Assembly (NCBI GenBank): GCA_963710375.1
Contig: CAVPZX010000005.1
Coordinates: 128,001 to 192,000, forward strand
Source of the DNA: Nitrospirota bacterium
Lineage (GTDB): Bacteria > Nitrospirota > Thermodesulfovibrionia > Thermodesulfovibrionales > Dissulfurispiraceae
Direction of reading: 5' to 3'
Length of the DNA: 64,000 nt
In this document: positions 51,046 through 61,910 of the stretch, one piece after another
How positions within the stretch are numbered: position 1 is the stretch's first letter
How the letters are laid out: the number at the start of each line of letters is the position of its first letter
Program-made: the position numbers and the translations under genes
The notes under the pieces: generated by a model
Database searches by the model: none
What the model was told of the DNA's origin: nothing
The model's input: the letters and a program-made list of their open reading frames with translations, nothing else

Positions 51046-51698
51046 CCGCTGAAGAGCTCTCCGCAGCGTGGCCTCTCTTAACAAAGCAGGTAAAAAGTCT
51101 CAGTACTCCATGGCTAGAAAATTATGCCGGCAGTGACAGGAACCCTTTTAAAGTGCTTATTTCATGCCTTCTGAGCCTAAGGACACAGGACAAGACAACC
51201 GGCGAAGCGTCTGAAAGGCTGTTTGCCCTGGCATCGGTCCCTGAAGTGCTGGCCGGCCTACCGGTGAAGACAATAGAAAAAGCGATCTACCCGGTGGGGT
51301 TTTACCGCGTGAAGGCGCAGAGGATCAAGGCAATAAGCAGGGAAATAATTAAGCGGTATGGAGGAAAAGTGCCCGATACTATAGAAGAACTCCTCACCCT
51401 TAACGGCGTGGGCAGAAAGACCGCTAACCTTGTGGTTGTCCTGGGCTACGATAAACCCGGCATTTGCGTGGATACTCACGTGCATAGGATTACAAATAGA
51501 TGGGGATACGTTAAAACCAAGAGTCCTGACGAGACAGAGGTTGCTTTAAGAGAGAAGCTTCCCCGTAAATACTGGAAAGTCATTAACAGGCTTCTTGTGG
51601 CTTTTGGACAGAATATTTGCAAACCCATCTCGCCTTTATGCAGCATCTGCGGTCTTAACCAGTACTGTCAAAAAGTCAATGTTACGAGTCACCGCTAA
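51042..51698 (+). CDS. nth: Endonuclease III
   Basis: HhH motif LNGVGRKTAN, VDTHVHR, C-x6-C-x2-C-x5-C Fe-S motif. Confidence 0.93.
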   Translation: MTAEELSAAWPLLTKQVKSLSTPWLENYAGSDRNPFKVLISCLLSLRTQDKTTGEASERLFALASVPEVLAGLPVKTIEKAIYPVGFYRVKAQRIKAISREIIKRYGGKVPDTIEELLTLNGVGRKTANLVVVLGYDKPGICVDTHVHRITNRWGYVKTKSPDETEVALREKLPRKYWKVINRLLVAFGQNICKPISPLCSICGLNQYCQKVNVTSHR

Positions 51699-51973
51699 TC
51701 TTAGCTGCATTAGTCAGTACAAACTCGCATCGTGAGCATTTCTGAAAAGTAAGTGGGGGCTTAGGGCAAATATAAGGATTCGGCGGCACCGGCGGAAGTA
51801 TCGCCGGAGGGGGGAATGGCGATAACAACGGCGGAAACGGCAAAGCGATAAATTATGGGTAAACTCAAAAAAACTCGTTGAGGCCGGTGAAAAAATAGAT
51901 TAACGAAAGAGGATAAATGTGCATATTTCAGAGGCATCGGAATGCAAAATTTGCAGTTCGGGTATAGGGCGAT

Positions 51974-52609
51974 ATGACGGGAATGATGTGGAGTAATTTT
52001 TGGAGAGTGGGCACTATAAAAGGGACGACGATAAATTTTGTTGATACTCCTGCAATAGGAGCGACTTCATTCCTCATCCCCCTGTATATTTTTCTTGTTC
52101 TTGTTGCTATAAGTATATTTACTTTTCAGAAGCTGCATCGCAATGAAACCAATAGGCATGCTATTACAAAGTCCGTGCTTTCAGCTTTTGTCGTGGGGAT
52201 TTTGTTGTTTACATTGAGAATGGATTATGGATGGTACAACATATGGCAGCTTAACATGAAAGGTCCTCTGGAAAGCCTAGACCCGGACGCCGCTGCGGAT
52301 ATGCGGGGCCTACATTTGCTTGCCCAGGAAATTAAACAAAAGGTGCCTTTGACCCAAACAATAAAAATCTTATCAGACTATTCTTACTATGACAGGATGT
52401 TGCTCAGATACTACCTGCAGCCGATAAAAATCTCTGATAACCCAAATTATATTATTTTGTTTAACCATAAGGACATGGTATTCGATTCGGTACAACATGT
52501 CTTGTTTGGGAAAGATAGAAACATCGTGGAGAATAATCTTGACTTCGTTACTTCTTACGGAGACACCTTTTTTTTGTTTAAAAAGAAAAACACCCACGCT
52601 AAACAGTGA
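51974..52609 (+). CDS. Hypothetical membrane protein (AT-rich, possibly 5'-truncated)
   Basis: Two hydrophobic helices and RYYLQP; no family recognised. Confidence 0.55.
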   Translation: MTGMMWSNFWRVGTIKGTTINFVDTPAIGATSFLIPLYIFLVLVAISIFTFQKLHRNETNRHAITKSVLSAFVVGILLFTLRMDYGWYNIWQLNMKGPLESLDPDAAADMRGLHLLAQEIKQKVPLTQTIKILSDYSYYDRMLLRYYLQPIKISDNPNYIILFNHKDMVFDSVQHVLFGKDRNIVENNLDFVTSYGDTFFLFKKKNTHAKQ

Positions 52610-52616
52610 GGAATGA

Positions 52617-54053
52617 GTGGAAATAATAATGCTTGCATATGCATTATTTCTGCCGGCCGTGACAGGCTTCCTGCTTGTCTGCTATTTTTCACGTTGCGAT
52701 ACCGGCCAAAGTTTTTTTGAGAGGTTTTCTCTGGGGTTTGGTCTCGGCATGGGAATACTAACTTTTGAAATGTTCATTACTGCATTGCTGAAGATTAAGT
52801 TTTCCCTGTTGATCTTATCCTTAATACAGATATTGACGGCAGTTCTATGTACATGGCAGCTCTTAAAGGCCAACTACTCTATTAAGGACATACTGAATAT
52901 CTCGCTGTTTAACGAGGAAGAAGTTTCCTTCTTTAAGTCATCCAAAGTTCGGTCTTTTTTTATTTTGATTATTGCCGGCTGGATTCTTCTCAAGCTCCTG
53001 TTTGTAATTTATGAAGGTGCAGTGTTACCGGTAAATGCATGGGACAGCCTCGATATCTGGAGTTCGGGCGCTAAGTTTTTTTTCTATGAGAAAGGCTTAG
53101 CGCTTGATCCAGGGAATGAGCACTTCTTCAGCAAAGGATATAGGACTTTCCCGAATTACCCCTTAAATGTCCCCTTGATGCAAGTATGGATTTCGATTTG
53201 TCTTGGGGATATACATGAAGTTTATATGAAATATTGGGATATCGTTTATTTCGTAGGGGTTGTTGTTCTGCTCTTTTTTTCTGTCAAAAGAGAATCTAAT
53301 TTACTTATCGGGATTATGGCAGCTTTTTCCGTCTCAACTGTTCCTCTTCTTACGCGCCATGCCCTTGATGCTTATGCGGAACTGACTCTTGCTTATTATG
53401 CACTTTCTGCAGCTATTTGCTTTCAGAGATATATGAAAAAGTCTGAGCAGCAAATAGATAATAATTATGGGTTCCTTCTGCTTATAGGGATGTTTGCGGC
53501 TTTATGTCTATGGACCAAGATGGAAGGCCTTTTTTTCACGTTGGCATTAAGCGCAACTCTATTTCTGTATGCTTTCCTGAAGAAAAACCCGATAAGAACT
53601 TTTCTCACTAATATTTGTGTCTATCTTATCCCGATAATCGTTATTGGGACATCCTGGTATGTTTTTTTGCTCTTTTTCAGCATAGGAGGCCGCGGCGTGT
53701 TGATCTCTCCGGTAGTTCATTGCGAAGTTATAAGGGTGATATTGGATCAGATATTTCTTTCGGCCAACTTCAATATTGTTTTCTCGTTCTTCCTAGCAAT
53801 TGTGTCACTGGGTATCGGATCTATTTTCAATTCTGAATTGAAATACCTTCTGCTCCCATTATTGATGGTAATGGGTATGTACCTTTCACTTTACCTCGCT
53901 ACAAGCGAGTTCGTATTTGCTCTGAATTTGGAGGCAGTGGACCGTAATATCCTGACCTTTATTCCGCTGATGTATTATATCAGCGCATTAATTACGGCAA
54001 AGTTACTCTCTGGATATAACGCTGCCCATCAAAAGGCGCAGCAATGTCAATAG
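52617..54053 (+). CDS. GT-C (PMT/ArnT-like) membrane glycosyltransferase
   Basis: Many TM helices, AWDSLDIW, NYPLNVP, YAE, WTKMEG motifs. Confidence 0.7.
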   Translation: MEIIMLAYALFLPAVTGFLLVCYFSRCDTGQSFFERFSLGFGLGMGILTFEMFITALLKIKFSLLILSLIQILTAVLCTWQLLKANYSIKDILNISLFNEEEVSFFKSSKVRSFFILIIAGWILLKLLFVIYEGAVLPVNAWDSLDIWSSGAKFFFYEKGLALDPGNEHFFSKGYRTFPNYPLNVPLMQVWISICLGDIHEVYMKYWDIVYFVGVVVLLFFSVKRESNLLIGIMAAFSVSTVPLLTRHALDAYAELTLAYYALSAAICFQRYMKKSEQQIDNNYGFLLLIGMFAALCLWTKMEGLFFTLALSATLFLYAFLKKNPIRTFLTNICVYLIPIIVIGTSWYVFLLFFSIGGRGVLISPVVHCEVIRVILDQIFLSANFNIVFSFFLAIVSLGIGSIFNSELKYLLLPLLMVMGMYLSLYLATSEFVFALNLEAVDRNILTFIPLMYYISALITAKLLSGYNAAHQKAQQCQ

Positions 54054-54113
54054 CTGAAATGCGTTATATTTAAGCGGCGTGAGCGTAAGTCGGTAATGTC
54101 TAAGAAAATAAAG

Positions 54114-54196
54114 TGCCGGTGGAGAGACTTGAACTCTCATGAGCCGAAGCTCAACGGATTTTGAGTCCGTCGCGTCTGCCATTCCACCACACCGGC
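54114..54196 (-). tRNA. tRNA-Leu(CAA), CCA not encoded
   Basis: GCCGGTGTGGTGGAATGGCAGACGCGACGGA-CTCAAAA-TCCGTTGAGCTTCGGCTCATGAGAGTTCAAGTCTCTCCACCGGCA; long variable arm. Confidence 0.95.
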
Positions 54197-54211
54197 TGGT
54201 GCTTGCCCCGT

Positions 54212-54406
54212 TTATCTGCCGTGCATCCTGAAGAAATTTTCGAGAGAACGGTCATAGGTGCGCTCGAACTTCGCATTGAAAAAGCACGCGGGCAGTTCCC
54301 CGTTTTTCCTGTGATAACGAAGACATTCGCAGCATTTATTCTTCCGCTCACAGGAACTGTAGGTGCAATTGCAATATTTCTCATTGCTCGCTGATATGCA
54401 TTCCAT
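54212..54406 (-). CDS. Small Cys-rich protein (DUF6485-like)
   Basis: CNCTYSSCERKNKCCECLRYH...LPACFF...TYDRS. Confidence 0.75.
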   Translation of the reverse strand: MECISASNEKYCNCTYSSCERKNKCCECLRYHRKNGELPACFFNAKFERTYDRSLENFFRMHGR

Positions 54407-54419
54407 AGGCGTTAGTATA

Positions 54420-55580
<1,161 letters not shown>

Positions 55581-55589
55581 TCAAAGTCT

Positions 55590-55691
55590 GTGAAACGTGA
55601 AAAGTGAAAGGTGAAAAGTCATAATACTGGCATCTTTATTCGCGACTCACCATTTCCCCTTCCTTTCACCTTTCACGATTCACCTTTCACG
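55590..55691. repeat. Heptamer tandem-repeat hairpin (GTGAANN) between divergent tgt and nrdJ
   Basis: gtgaaac gtgaaaa gtgaaag gtgaaaa ... ctttcac ctttcac gattcac ctttcac. Confidence 0.88.
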
Positions 55692-55789
55692 TCCTTTATG
55701 TCCCCGATGTTTATTAACAAACCATTAACACGCATTTCACAGTAAAACAAGTTTTAAATCAGGAGATTGCAAAAATAGCAATTTTTTCC

Positions 55790-55842
55790 TTGACTCCTAC
55801 AAGATATTGTGGTTTAATGTTTAGAACTATACAATATAGCGG
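55790..55842 (+). promoter_or_regulatory. nrdJ promoter with tandem NrdR boxes
   Basis: TTGACT-N17-TTTAAT; CTACAAGATATTGTGG (55797-55812) and weaker CTATACAATATAGCGG (55827-55842) resemble acaCwAtATaTwGtgt. Confidence 0.65.
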
Positions 55843-55882
55843 TTTTATTAAAATTTGTCTTAATCAGGATGGAGATGACTCT

Positions 55883-58153
55883 ATGGAACAAAAACAGGGG
55901 GACTTTATGGGAAGAGCATCCAGGGTTTTAAGTCTGTCGGCTAATGCAGTGACGGTTCTTGAAAAGCGTTATTTAAAAAGAAATGAGGAAGGCAAGGTCA
56001 TTGAAACCCCAGAGGAACTCTTCCGGAGGGTTGCCCGTCATGTCGCTGCAGCTGATACCTTATATGGGAAATCAGAAGCGGATGTAAAATATGTTGAAGA
56101 GGAATTTTACGACCTTATCACTTATCTTGATTTTTTCCCTAATAGCCCGACGCTGATGAATGCCGGCAGGAGATTGGGCCAGCTTTCTGCCTGCTTTGTG
56201 CTCCCGGTGGATGATTCCATGGAATCCATATTCGATGCTGTAAAATATGCCGCTATCATTCATAAATCAGGTGGAGGCACCGGCTTCAGTTTTTCTAAAC
56301 TCAGGCCGAAAGGAGATGTAGTCGGCTCGACCAAGGGCATATCCTCGGGGCCCATATCGTTCATGACAGTATTCGATAACGCCACAGAAGCGGTGAAACA
56401 GGGTGGTACGAGAAGGGGCGCTAATATGGGTATTCTGCGAATTGACCACCCCGATATTCTCGAATTTGTGACCTGCAAAGACTCCAACAAGCGGCTTAAC
56501 AATTTCAATATCTCTGTGGGGCTGACCGAGCCCTTCATGAAAGCGGTTGAAGAAGACAAGGAGTATGAACTCCAGAACCCGAGGAGCAGAAAGACCATTG
56601 CCAGCCTAAAGGCAAGGTCGGTATTTGAGACCATCATCAAACAGGCCTGGAAAAACGGCGAGCCAGGAATTGTTTTCCTGGACAGGATTAACTCATCAAA
56701 CCCGACTCCTGAGCTGGGAGAGATTGAGTCAACCAACCCATGCGGCGAGCAGCCTTTGATGCCTTATGAATCCTGCAATCTTGGCTCTATAAACCTTTCG
56801 AGAATGGTGAAAATTAATGATGAAGGACGGTGTGTTGCCGACTGGTCCCGCTTAAAAGATGTTACCTGGAAGGCTGTGCACTTCCTCGACAACGTTATTG
56901 ATGTCAACAAGTACCCGCTCCGCATGATTGAGGAAATGACAAAAGCAAATAGAAAAATCGGCCTAGGGATCATGGGATGGGCTGATATGCTTATCCAGAT
57001 GAGAATACCCTACAATTCAGAAGCTGCTATAGGTCTGGCAGAAGAGGTGATGGGATTCATCCAGACTGAAGGGAGGCTGGCTTCCTGTGCCCTTGCTGAA
57101 GAGCGCGGCGTATTTACAAACCATAAACACAGTATCTACCGGGATGAGATGCCTGTAAGGAATGCAACTGTCACTACGATTGCGCCAACGGGCAGCCTTT
57201 CGATTCTCGCATGCTGCACCTCGGGCATAGAGCCGCTCTTTGCGGTATCGTTTGTAAGAAATGTGATGGAAGGCACTAAACTTATAGAGGTGAACCCTTT
57301 CTTTGAGAAAGAAGCCAAAGAGAAAGGATTATGGAGCAGGGAACTCATAGAAAAGATTGCCGCGACAGGCTCTATCGCAAATTTCAAAGAATTCCCTCAG
57401 GAGATGCGCGAGGTATTTGTCACGGCCCACGACATAACTCCTATGGACCATATAAAGATGCAGGCAGCGTTCCAGAAATATGTGGACAATGCTGTATCAA
57501 AAACGGTGAACTTTCCTCATTCGGCCACTTCAAAAGACGTGGAAGATGTCTACATGCTGGCATATAAGAAGGGATGCAAAGGCGTAACGGTATACCGTGA
57601 CGGTTCCAGGGAAGAGCAGGTACTCTCTACAGGAAAAGGCGAAGAGAAGACAGAGCAAAAGCAGCAGGTCCCGGCGAAAATCACTCCAAAAAAACGGCCC
57701 CATGTCATTAAAGGCTGCACACGGCTGCTTAAGACAGGGTGCGGCAACCTTTATGTAACGATTAACGAGGATGAGAACGGCAAACCTTTTGAGGTGTTCA
57801 CCAATATCGGCAAGGCAGGCGGCTGCGCCTCAAGCCAGGCAGAAGCAATCGGAAGACTCATCTCGCTTTCCCTGAGATCGAATGTCGAGCCGGAAGAGAT
57901 TGTGCAGCAGTTAAAAGGCATCTCGTGCCACCAACCCTCATGGAACGAGGGCGGCAAAGTGCTTTCATGTTCCGACGCAATTGCCAAGGCCCTTGAGAAG
58001 TACTATCATACAGCAACAAGCGGCGATAAGGGCAACGGCAAGTCGACGGAACACGATATCATGCTGATCGGCGCTTGCCCTGAATGCGGCGGCGCTGTTG
58101 AGCATGAAGGCGGCTGCGCAATATGCCGCAACTGCGGATTTACGAAGTGTTAA
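55883..58153 (+). CDS. nrdJ: Class II (B12-dependent) ribonucleotide reductase with C-terminal TSCPD and zinc-ribbon domains
   Basis: PNSPTLMNAG, QLSACF, TNPCGEQ, TIAPTG, YRDGSR, TGCGNLYVT, SCSDAI, CPECG...CRNCG; start likely ATG 55883 or 55907. Confidence 0.93.
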   Translation: MEQKQGDFMGRASRVLSLSANAVTVLEKRYLKRNEEGKVIETPEELFRRVARHVAAADTLYGKSEADVKYVEEEFYDLITYLDFFPNSPTLMNAGRRLGQLSACFVLPVDDSMESIFDAVKYAAIIHKSGGGTGFSFSKLRPKGDVVGSTKGISSGPISFMTVFDNATEAVKQGGTRRGANMGILRIDHPDILEFVTCKDSNKRLNNFNISVGLTEPFMKAVEEDKEYELQNPRSRKTIASLKARSVFETIIKQAWKNGEPGIVFLDRINSSNPTPELGEIESTNPCGEQPLMPYESCNLGSINLSRMVKINDEGRCVADWSRLKDVTWKAVHFLDNVIDVNKYPLRMIEEMTKANRKIGLGIMGWADMLIQMRIPYNSEAAIGLAEEVMGFIQTEGRLASCALAEERGVFTNHKHSIYRDEMPVRNATVTTIAPTGSLSILACCTSGIEPLFAVSFVRNVMEGTKLIEVNPFFEKEAKEKGLWSRELIEKIAATGSIANFKEFPQEMREVFVTAHDITPMDHIKMQAAFQKYVDNAVSKTVNFPHSATSKDVEDVYMLAYKKGCKGVTVYRDGSREEQVLSTGKGEEKTEQKQQVPAKITPKKRPHVIKGCTRLLKTGCGNLYVTINEDENGKPFEVFTNIGKAGGCASSQAEAIGRLISLSLRSNVEPEEIVQQLKGISCHQPSWNEGGKVLSCSDAIAKALEKYYHTATSGDKGNGKSTEHDIMLIGACPECGGAVEHEGGCAICRNCGFTKC

Positions 58154-58325
58154 CCAGTGGGTGGGTTGATCTTACCCGGTGGTAAAACTGCATTCTTTCA
58201 TATTCACGTTTTCAAGCCTGACCCCGAGGGACGGGCTTTACTCATTGCTTGGTTAAATGCAACAGGTTCAGAAAATTTAAAGAGCTATCCCCGAGGGAGA
58301 AAGCCCAAACATTGCCTGATAACCT

Positions 58326-60050
58326 TCACAGTGAAACCTTTATTAGCAATTGCTGAGCCCTTTGGTCGTCCGGCTTTATCTTTAATCCTGCAATTAATTC
58401 CCTGCGCGCCTTTTCCATTTGTCCTGTTTTATAATAGGCCAGTCCAAGATTAAAATGTATCTCCGCGATATCCGGTCTCAGGTTTACAGCAATCAGAAAC
58501 TGCTCCAAAGCCTTGTCAGGTATATTGCTATCTTCATAGGCGCCGCCAAGATTATTATGCACTGCTACATCACCGGGAGATTTCTTAGCAGTGTCTTCCC
58601 ATAGTCTGATTTTGTCTCCCCACAACTCGTTGCGCCGATATGTGGCAATTGCCAAAACTCCTGCTACTAGGACAAGCATCACCAGTATGCCCTTTCCTGC
58701 CTTGAGTGAATGCACCCTTGTCTTTATCAGAAATGCCCCTGTAACCACAGCAATACTTATCCCCACTGAAGGCAAATACACTCTATACTCATCTATAAGC
58801 CTGGTAAGCGGGATAAGGCTTGATTCGACGGAAAGGGTGATAAAAAACCACAGAATCCCGAAGCTGATAAGGCGAAACTCAGTACTGAGGGCAGAGGATT
58901 CAGCACTGAGAGACAAGGACTGAATGCCGTGGACCGCCGGCTGAGTATTCAGTCCTTTCCACTTAATCCATGTTTTTTTCTCAGTCCTCAGCACTAAATA
59001 TATACCCAGTCCAAAGAGCGTGAAGAGCAACAGAAAGGACAGCAACACTTGAGGGTCGAAGGCAGACTTAAACACCGGATAGTCGTAATCAATGTTCTGA
59101 TTCACCGGCATAAACAGTAGTCTCAAGTATGTGACAATAACCCTGAACTCGGTCAGCACATACTCTGGCCGAGAGAACACGACGGAGACATAGCCCGGAA
59201 GAGGGTCTATCCCTGCGCCGGCAGTTCCTTTCAGGTATATAAGTGTCTGCGGAATTATGCTCATGGTGAGAAGCATGAGGGCAAGGGGAATCATTCTACT
59301 TTTCAGAGCGGCTCTAAAGAAAAGGAACTCGTACAAAGTAATTACCAATGGCAGCGTAAAGGCATTCTCCTTCGTCTTCATCGCCAGCACCGCTGAAATG
59401 AAGGATATGCTGTAATAAAAGAGTCTCTGTTGCTTGCCCACAGATAGCCGAGATGATATATAGGCGGTCAGGGAGAGTAGATAGAAAAACGCTGCAAGAG
59501 AGGCAACCCGCTGAAATACATAGGTCACTGCCATTGTTTGAAGAGGATGAACTGCAAACAGCATTGATGAGAAAAAAGCAATATACAGGGAGTTCTGTTT
59601 CATTGACGATTTGGCAAAAAATGGCGTTCTGAATGTCAATAAAACAAGCAAATAAACCAGAATAGAGTTTGCAACATGGATAGCTATATTGACAATATGG
59701 TAGCCAGTCACAGAGAAGCCGTGCATCTTGTAATTAAGTGCAAAGGTGAGAAAGCCGATATATCGGAGCACGAGGAAATTGTAATATTCAAACCCTCGTG
59801 CATCCGACGGGTTTACGAAATAATGAAGGTCCCTTACAATTGGATTTCTGACAAGAAACAAATCCTCATCCCATTGAAACGGAGCATTGAGGGTATTGGA
59901 ATAGATGATGAGAATTATAAAGACTATGCAGGCAATATGCACAAGGGTGTTATTTGGCGATGACCGTGGGCTGAAAGACTCTTGCGATATAGGCATGGGG
60001 CGTTTTTCTGTATTGCTTGTCTTGTTTGTTTTTTTATTTTTCTTTTTCAT
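58326..60050 (-). CDS. TMTC-like GT-C membrane protein with C-terminal TPRs
   Basis: FQWDE, YHIVNIAIH, HPLQTMAVTY, KENA, EYRVYLPS, HNNLG / HFNLGLAY TPRs. Confidence 0.85.
   Translation of the reverse strand: MKKKNKKTNKTSNTEKRPMPISQESFSPRSSPNNTLVHIACIVFIILIIYSNTLNAPFQWDEDLFLVRNPIVRDLHYFVNPSDARGFEYYNFLVLRYIGFLTFALNYKMHGFSVTGYHIVNIAIHVANSILVYLLVLLTFRTPFFAKSSMKQNSLYIAFFSSMLFAVHPLQTMAVTYVFQRVASLAAFFYLLSLTAYISSRLSVGKQQRLFYYSISFISAVLAMKTKENAFTLPLVITLYEFLFFRAALKSRMIPLALMLLTMSIIPQTLIYLKGTAGAGIDPLPGYVSVVFSRPEYVLTEFRVIVTYLRLLFMPVNQNIDYDYPVFKSAFDPQVLLSFLLLFTLFGLGIYLVLRTEKKTWIKWKGLNTQPAVHGIQSLSLSAESSALSTEFRLISFGILWFFITLSVESSLIPLTRLIDEYRVYLPSVGISIAVVTGAFLIKTRVHSLKAGKGILVMLVLVAGVLAIATYRRNELWGDKIRLWEDTAKKSPGDVAVHNNLGGAYEDSNIPDKALEQFLIAVNLRPDIAEIHFNLGLAYYKTGQMEKARRELIAGLKIKPDDQRAQQLLIKVSL
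58878..58995. repeat. Heptamer-type (ACTGAGN/CTCAGNN) nested hairpin in frame within the TPR gene
   Basis: agtactgagggcagag / ctcagtcctcagcact outer pairing; aaggactgaatgc / gtattcagtcctt inner pairing. Confidence 0.65.
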
Positions 60051-60248
60051 GATATGCTAAAAAATTCCTACTATAGCCCCGCCGATTACTATAACATTTT
60101 GTTCTCTTCAATTGAGACGGCGGACTCGATGTTTGGCGCTATGCCCATATCGGAACTTATGCAATGGTCGGGCGTCTGTGCCTCTGAGAATTTTTTGGGG
60201 ATGGTGCATGCGCCTTGTTAACAGCTTGGGTCTTTTCCCTTGCCACCC

Positions 60249-60343
60249 CCTGACAACCTCTCGCCTGAATAAGTGGCAGGAATAGATCGGAATTAGCGGC
60301 AGATTGACCTGAACAGGTGGCAAGTTTGCATCGGAATAGGTCA
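60249..60343 (-). mobile_element. Four degenerate ~22-nt direct repeats resembling an orphan IS21-family end
   Basis: Minus strand: TGACC tattccgatgcaaacttgccacc / tgttcaggtcaatctgccgct / aattccgatctattcctgccact / tattcaggcgagaggttgtcagg. Confidence 0.45.
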
Positions 60344-60418
60344 AAAATGTGTAGGAATCTTCATATATTTGGTATCATAGATTGTGACATCTAACATTAC
60401 GGGAGGATCAACGATACT

Positions 60419-60952
60419 ATGACTAAACTAACTAAAGACCAGTACTATTTAAACATTGCTAAAACGGTTGCTGAAAAAAGCACGTGCCTGAATGTTGAAA
60501 TAGGCTGCGTTATAGAAAAGGCAGATCAAATAATTGCAACGGGATATGTGGGCGCACCTCGTAAAACTAAAGACTGCGTAGACTTAGGTTTCTGCATAAG
60601 ACGTAAGAACAACATTGAGTCCGGGCGTGGTTACGAGATGTGTCGCAGTGTACATGCAGAAATGAACGCTCTAATTAACGCAGCAAGGGCTGGGGTTTCA
60701 GTATTGGATGGGAATATGTATGTGTATGCTGGGAAGAGAACCGATAGTGAGCTCGATGCTGTCAAAGCCTATCCATGTCTATTATGCAAAAAGATGATTA
60801 TCAATGCCGGCATCTGCAGGTTTGCAGGCAACAATCCTGATAATAGCTTGACTGTCTATTCTGTATCCGATTGGGTGAAAGATTGGCAGGAACTGGACGA
60901 TCTGACGCAGGATAAAGAACTATATAAAGTTGAATATGACAAATCTAAATAA
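60419..60952 (+). CDS. Deoxycytidylate deaminase family protein (AT-rich)
   Basis: STC, TGYVGAP, VHAEMNA, PCLLC. Confidence 0.88.
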   Translation: MTKLTKDQYYLNIAKTVAEKSTCLNVEIGCVIEKADQIIATGYVGAPRKTKDCVDLGFCIRRKNNIESGRGYEMCRSVHAEMNALINAARAGVSVLDGNMYVYAGKRTDSELDAVKAYPCLLCKKMIINAGICRFAGNNPDNSLTVYSVSDWVKDWQELDDLTQDKELYKVEYDKSK

Positions 60953-61083
60953 GGAGATTCTTTACACTACTATGTTTACATATAATAAATATATTAGTAT
61001 CAAATAATATTATTTATCTGATAGTTATACCATCTTTACATAGTACTTATAAAGCTTTTAAGGATTTCCTGGAGATTGCAAAG

Positions 61084-61512
61084 GTGGTTGCATCCCGCTC
61101 CACCTGTTTGCGGAGACGATATGGAGCTGTAATCGCCAAGGACAATGTTATTGTGAGCACCGGCTATAATGGCGCACCGCGCGGCTCCGTAAACTGTATT
61201 GACAAGGGGACCTGCCGCAGAAAGGAACTCAATATCCCTTCGGGTAAGCTATATGAGTTGTGCGAGGCTGTGCATGCGGAGCAGAACGCAATTGTAAATG
61301 GCTCTCCTGAGAGGATGAAGGACGCAATTATTTATATTGCCGGTTTTGAAGAAGACGACACATTTGCCGAGGGCAAGCCGTGTCTCTCATGCAGAAGAAT
61401 GATACAGAACGCTATGATAAAACATGTAGTTTATCTCAAAAAGGGCGGCAATATCGTGATAGTCAAGGATGTGCGGGCGTTGGACGAAATCCCTCTGCCC
61501 GCGGTCCCCTGA
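61084..61512 (+). CDS. Deoxycytidylate deaminase family protein, possibly N-terminally truncated
   Basis: RSTCLRRRYGA, TGYNGAP, VHAEQNA, PCLSC; homology extends upstream to DFLEIAK (61063) with no ATG. Confidence 0.8.
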   Translation: MVASRSTCLRRRYGAVIAKDNVIVSTGYNGAPRGSVNCIDKGTCRRKELNIPSGKLYELCEAVHAEQNAIVNGSPERMKDAIIYIAGFEEDDTFAEGKPCLSCRRMIQNAMIKHVVYLKKGGNIVIVKDVRALDEIPLPAVP

Positions 61513-61626
61513 CACTTCATCCACCCAGCTGTATCTATCCTTGGTGAGGATTTAACCCCTCTGTATACCCCGTAGTAACGGTCGAAGTGAAAGAGGTTTG
61601 TGGTAACCCCCTGGCAATTAGGTTCA

Positions 61627-61655
61627 TTGACAATACTTATAAAAGTGCATATCAT
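61627..61655 (+). promoter_or_regulatory. sigma70 promoter of vapBC
   Basis: TTGACA-N17-TATCAT, then AGGAGG SD. Confidence 0.75.
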
Positions 61656-61676
61656 AAATACATATAGGAGGCGCAT

Positions 61677-61910
61677 ATGAGATCAACATTGAACATCCCC
61701 GATGAACTGGTTGAACAGGTGCAGAAAGAATCCGGCAGCAAAACAAAGACCGAGGCTATTACGACGGCCATGCAGGAATACCTGCGGCTGCAGAAGCGGA
61801 AGAAACTCATAGCGCTTCTCGATAAAAAGTCTTTTGCCTTTGATTGGGAGAAGCAGGAAGAGGAAGAACTTAAGGCCGAAAAGAAGAGGCAGCAAATCCT
61901 TGGGAAATAA
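61677..61910 (+). CDS. vapB: VapB-family (RHH) antitoxin
   Basis: MRSTLNIPDELV...KTKTEAITTAMQEYL; overlaps the PIN gene. Confidence 0.88.
   Translation: MRSTLNIPDELVEQVQKESGSKTKTEAITTAMQEYLRLQKRKKLIALLDKKSFAFDWEKQEEEELKAEKKRQQILGK

Noticed and set aside
55883..58153. Intein or intron in nrdJ
   Set aside because: Conserved motifs are contiguous and the length is accounted for by the catalytic and TSCPD domains.
58154..58240. Two small hairpins after nrdJ, one with TCAAGCCTGACCCC
   Set aside because: Single occurrence; adequately explained as terminator structures between convergent genes.
61513..61625. Possible ncRNA or gene relic between the deaminase and vapB
   Set aside because: No stable fold or recognisable translation found by eye.
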